DNA of 64,000 nucleotides from Camelus dromedarius (taxonomy: Eukaryota): assembly GCF_036321535.1 (NCBI RefSeq), contig NC_087438.1:12278001-12342000 (forward strand), read 5' to 3'. The notes under the pieces were generated by a model that did no database searches, was not told the DNA's origin, and worked only from the letters and a program-made list of their open reading frames with translations. This document shows, piece by piece, positions 62,984 to 64,000 of this stretch (positions are counted from its first letter, which is position 1; the number at the start of each line of letters is the position of its first letter). Position numbers and translations under genes: made by a program.

Positions 62984-63376
62984 TTGGAACTGCCTCCTGA
63001 GACTTAGGTAAGAGTAATTGTTTAGTTGAGGAAGGCACCAGGGTATGATCCTGGGGGCAACAGCTTGGTAACAAGAAGGAAAGTTGCTTCTAACCAGAAT
63101 GGCTGCAATCTGGTGGACCCCACATACTCCCCCAAAAAAATCTGCAAAGATTCTCTTCAGCCCTGAAAGTTCTAAAGGGAAATGAAGAATTATCACAGTC
63201 AATCGTTGAGATAGGTTGTCAGAGTCACTGTCATCCCCCAGTGCCTGCAGGCTTGTCTCATCAATGGCTTGAGCCTGCTCTTCAATGACTCAGGAAGGCC
63301 TGGGAGATCAGCTTTTCTATAAACAAGAGGCAGAAGTTGGGGGGGCGGTAGGCCCACAGGGTCCTGCTTGGTATTA
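62984..63376 (-). mobile_element. Second ERV1-type LTR segment
   Basis: aaggaaagttgctt... and terminus ttttctataaacaagaggcag...cccacagggtcctgcttggtatta, resembling laurasiatherian ERV1 LTR ends (...agggtcctgctcggtttca). Confidence 0.55.
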
Positions 63377-64000
63377 AAAGTCCCCTTTCAATTTAGTCCT
63401 AAGTGAAATCAATTGTTTGCATTTGGTTGGCGACATACAACATTAACAGTAGTGGAAAAAGGAGTGATCTCTGGGCTGCCAGGAGGACTCCTGCGTGACC
63501 TCAAAGTCCCCAGCTCCCTCCAAGGGGAGACGAGCCACCCCAGATCCTGACCAGCTTTCCTCTTGCCCTCTCCCTCTAAATCACTTAAATCCTTTGTCTC
63601 CAACTACATTAGATCTATTCAGGGTTTCCCTTTTTAATGCCTCCACAATTTCTTAATATCTACAAAGAGTGGATTGATTCCCACCACGCCAGCAGGAAGC
63701 AGCAGGGTGTACAGACTGGACGGGCCCCAATCTGAGGAACAAGCCAACAAGGGGAATATTGTCTTTCTTTTCATTCTGTCTTTTATTTTTTTTAGAGCAT
63801 TTTTCTTTCTTATCCAGATTAGCCTGACCTCAGCACAAGGCAACCAGATATTACTTTTAACGGCAAACTTGAATGTCGCCTGGATTGCGTTGGTGGTTTT
63901 CCATGGATGTAATTCAATAATCCCAGTGGAGCGCCTTCCGTCCCTTGTTACTCTTATCCTGGTAGAAATACTTTGTTGGGGCTATTATGGTGTCTTTTAT

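Noticed and set aside
63381..64000. Possible retroviral env remnant next to the LTRs
   Set aside because: No env motifs (furin site, immunosuppressive domain, CX6CC) were recognisable in the translations I checked.

Overview
Mammalian genomic DNA, most likely camelid (alpaca/llama/camel), judged from five copies of a tRNA-Ala-derived SINE resembling camelid vic-1 and cetartiodactyl-type L1 3' ends. The only protein-coding feature I can support is exon 1 of MYO10 (myosin X) on the minus strand, inside a CpG island (~22.1-23.8 kb). It encodes MDNFFPE followed by a canonical GAG|GTGAGT donor. Positions 1-22671 are MYO10 intron 1 (I did not find exon 2), and ~23.2-64 kb is upstream intergenic DNA dense in transposon fossils (L1, L2, CR1/L3, MIR, MaLR/ERVL/ERV1 LTRs, hAT elements). 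I found no convincing novel biological system. The best leads are regulatory or evolutionary: four uORFs in the MYO10 leader, a bipartite CTCF site in intron 1, a tandem duplication creating paired STAT sites, an orphan CpG cluster, a composite MER41-like LTR, inverted compound microsatellites and nested insertions. Repeat family names come from recalled consensus sequences, not from a search, and repeat boundaries are approximate.
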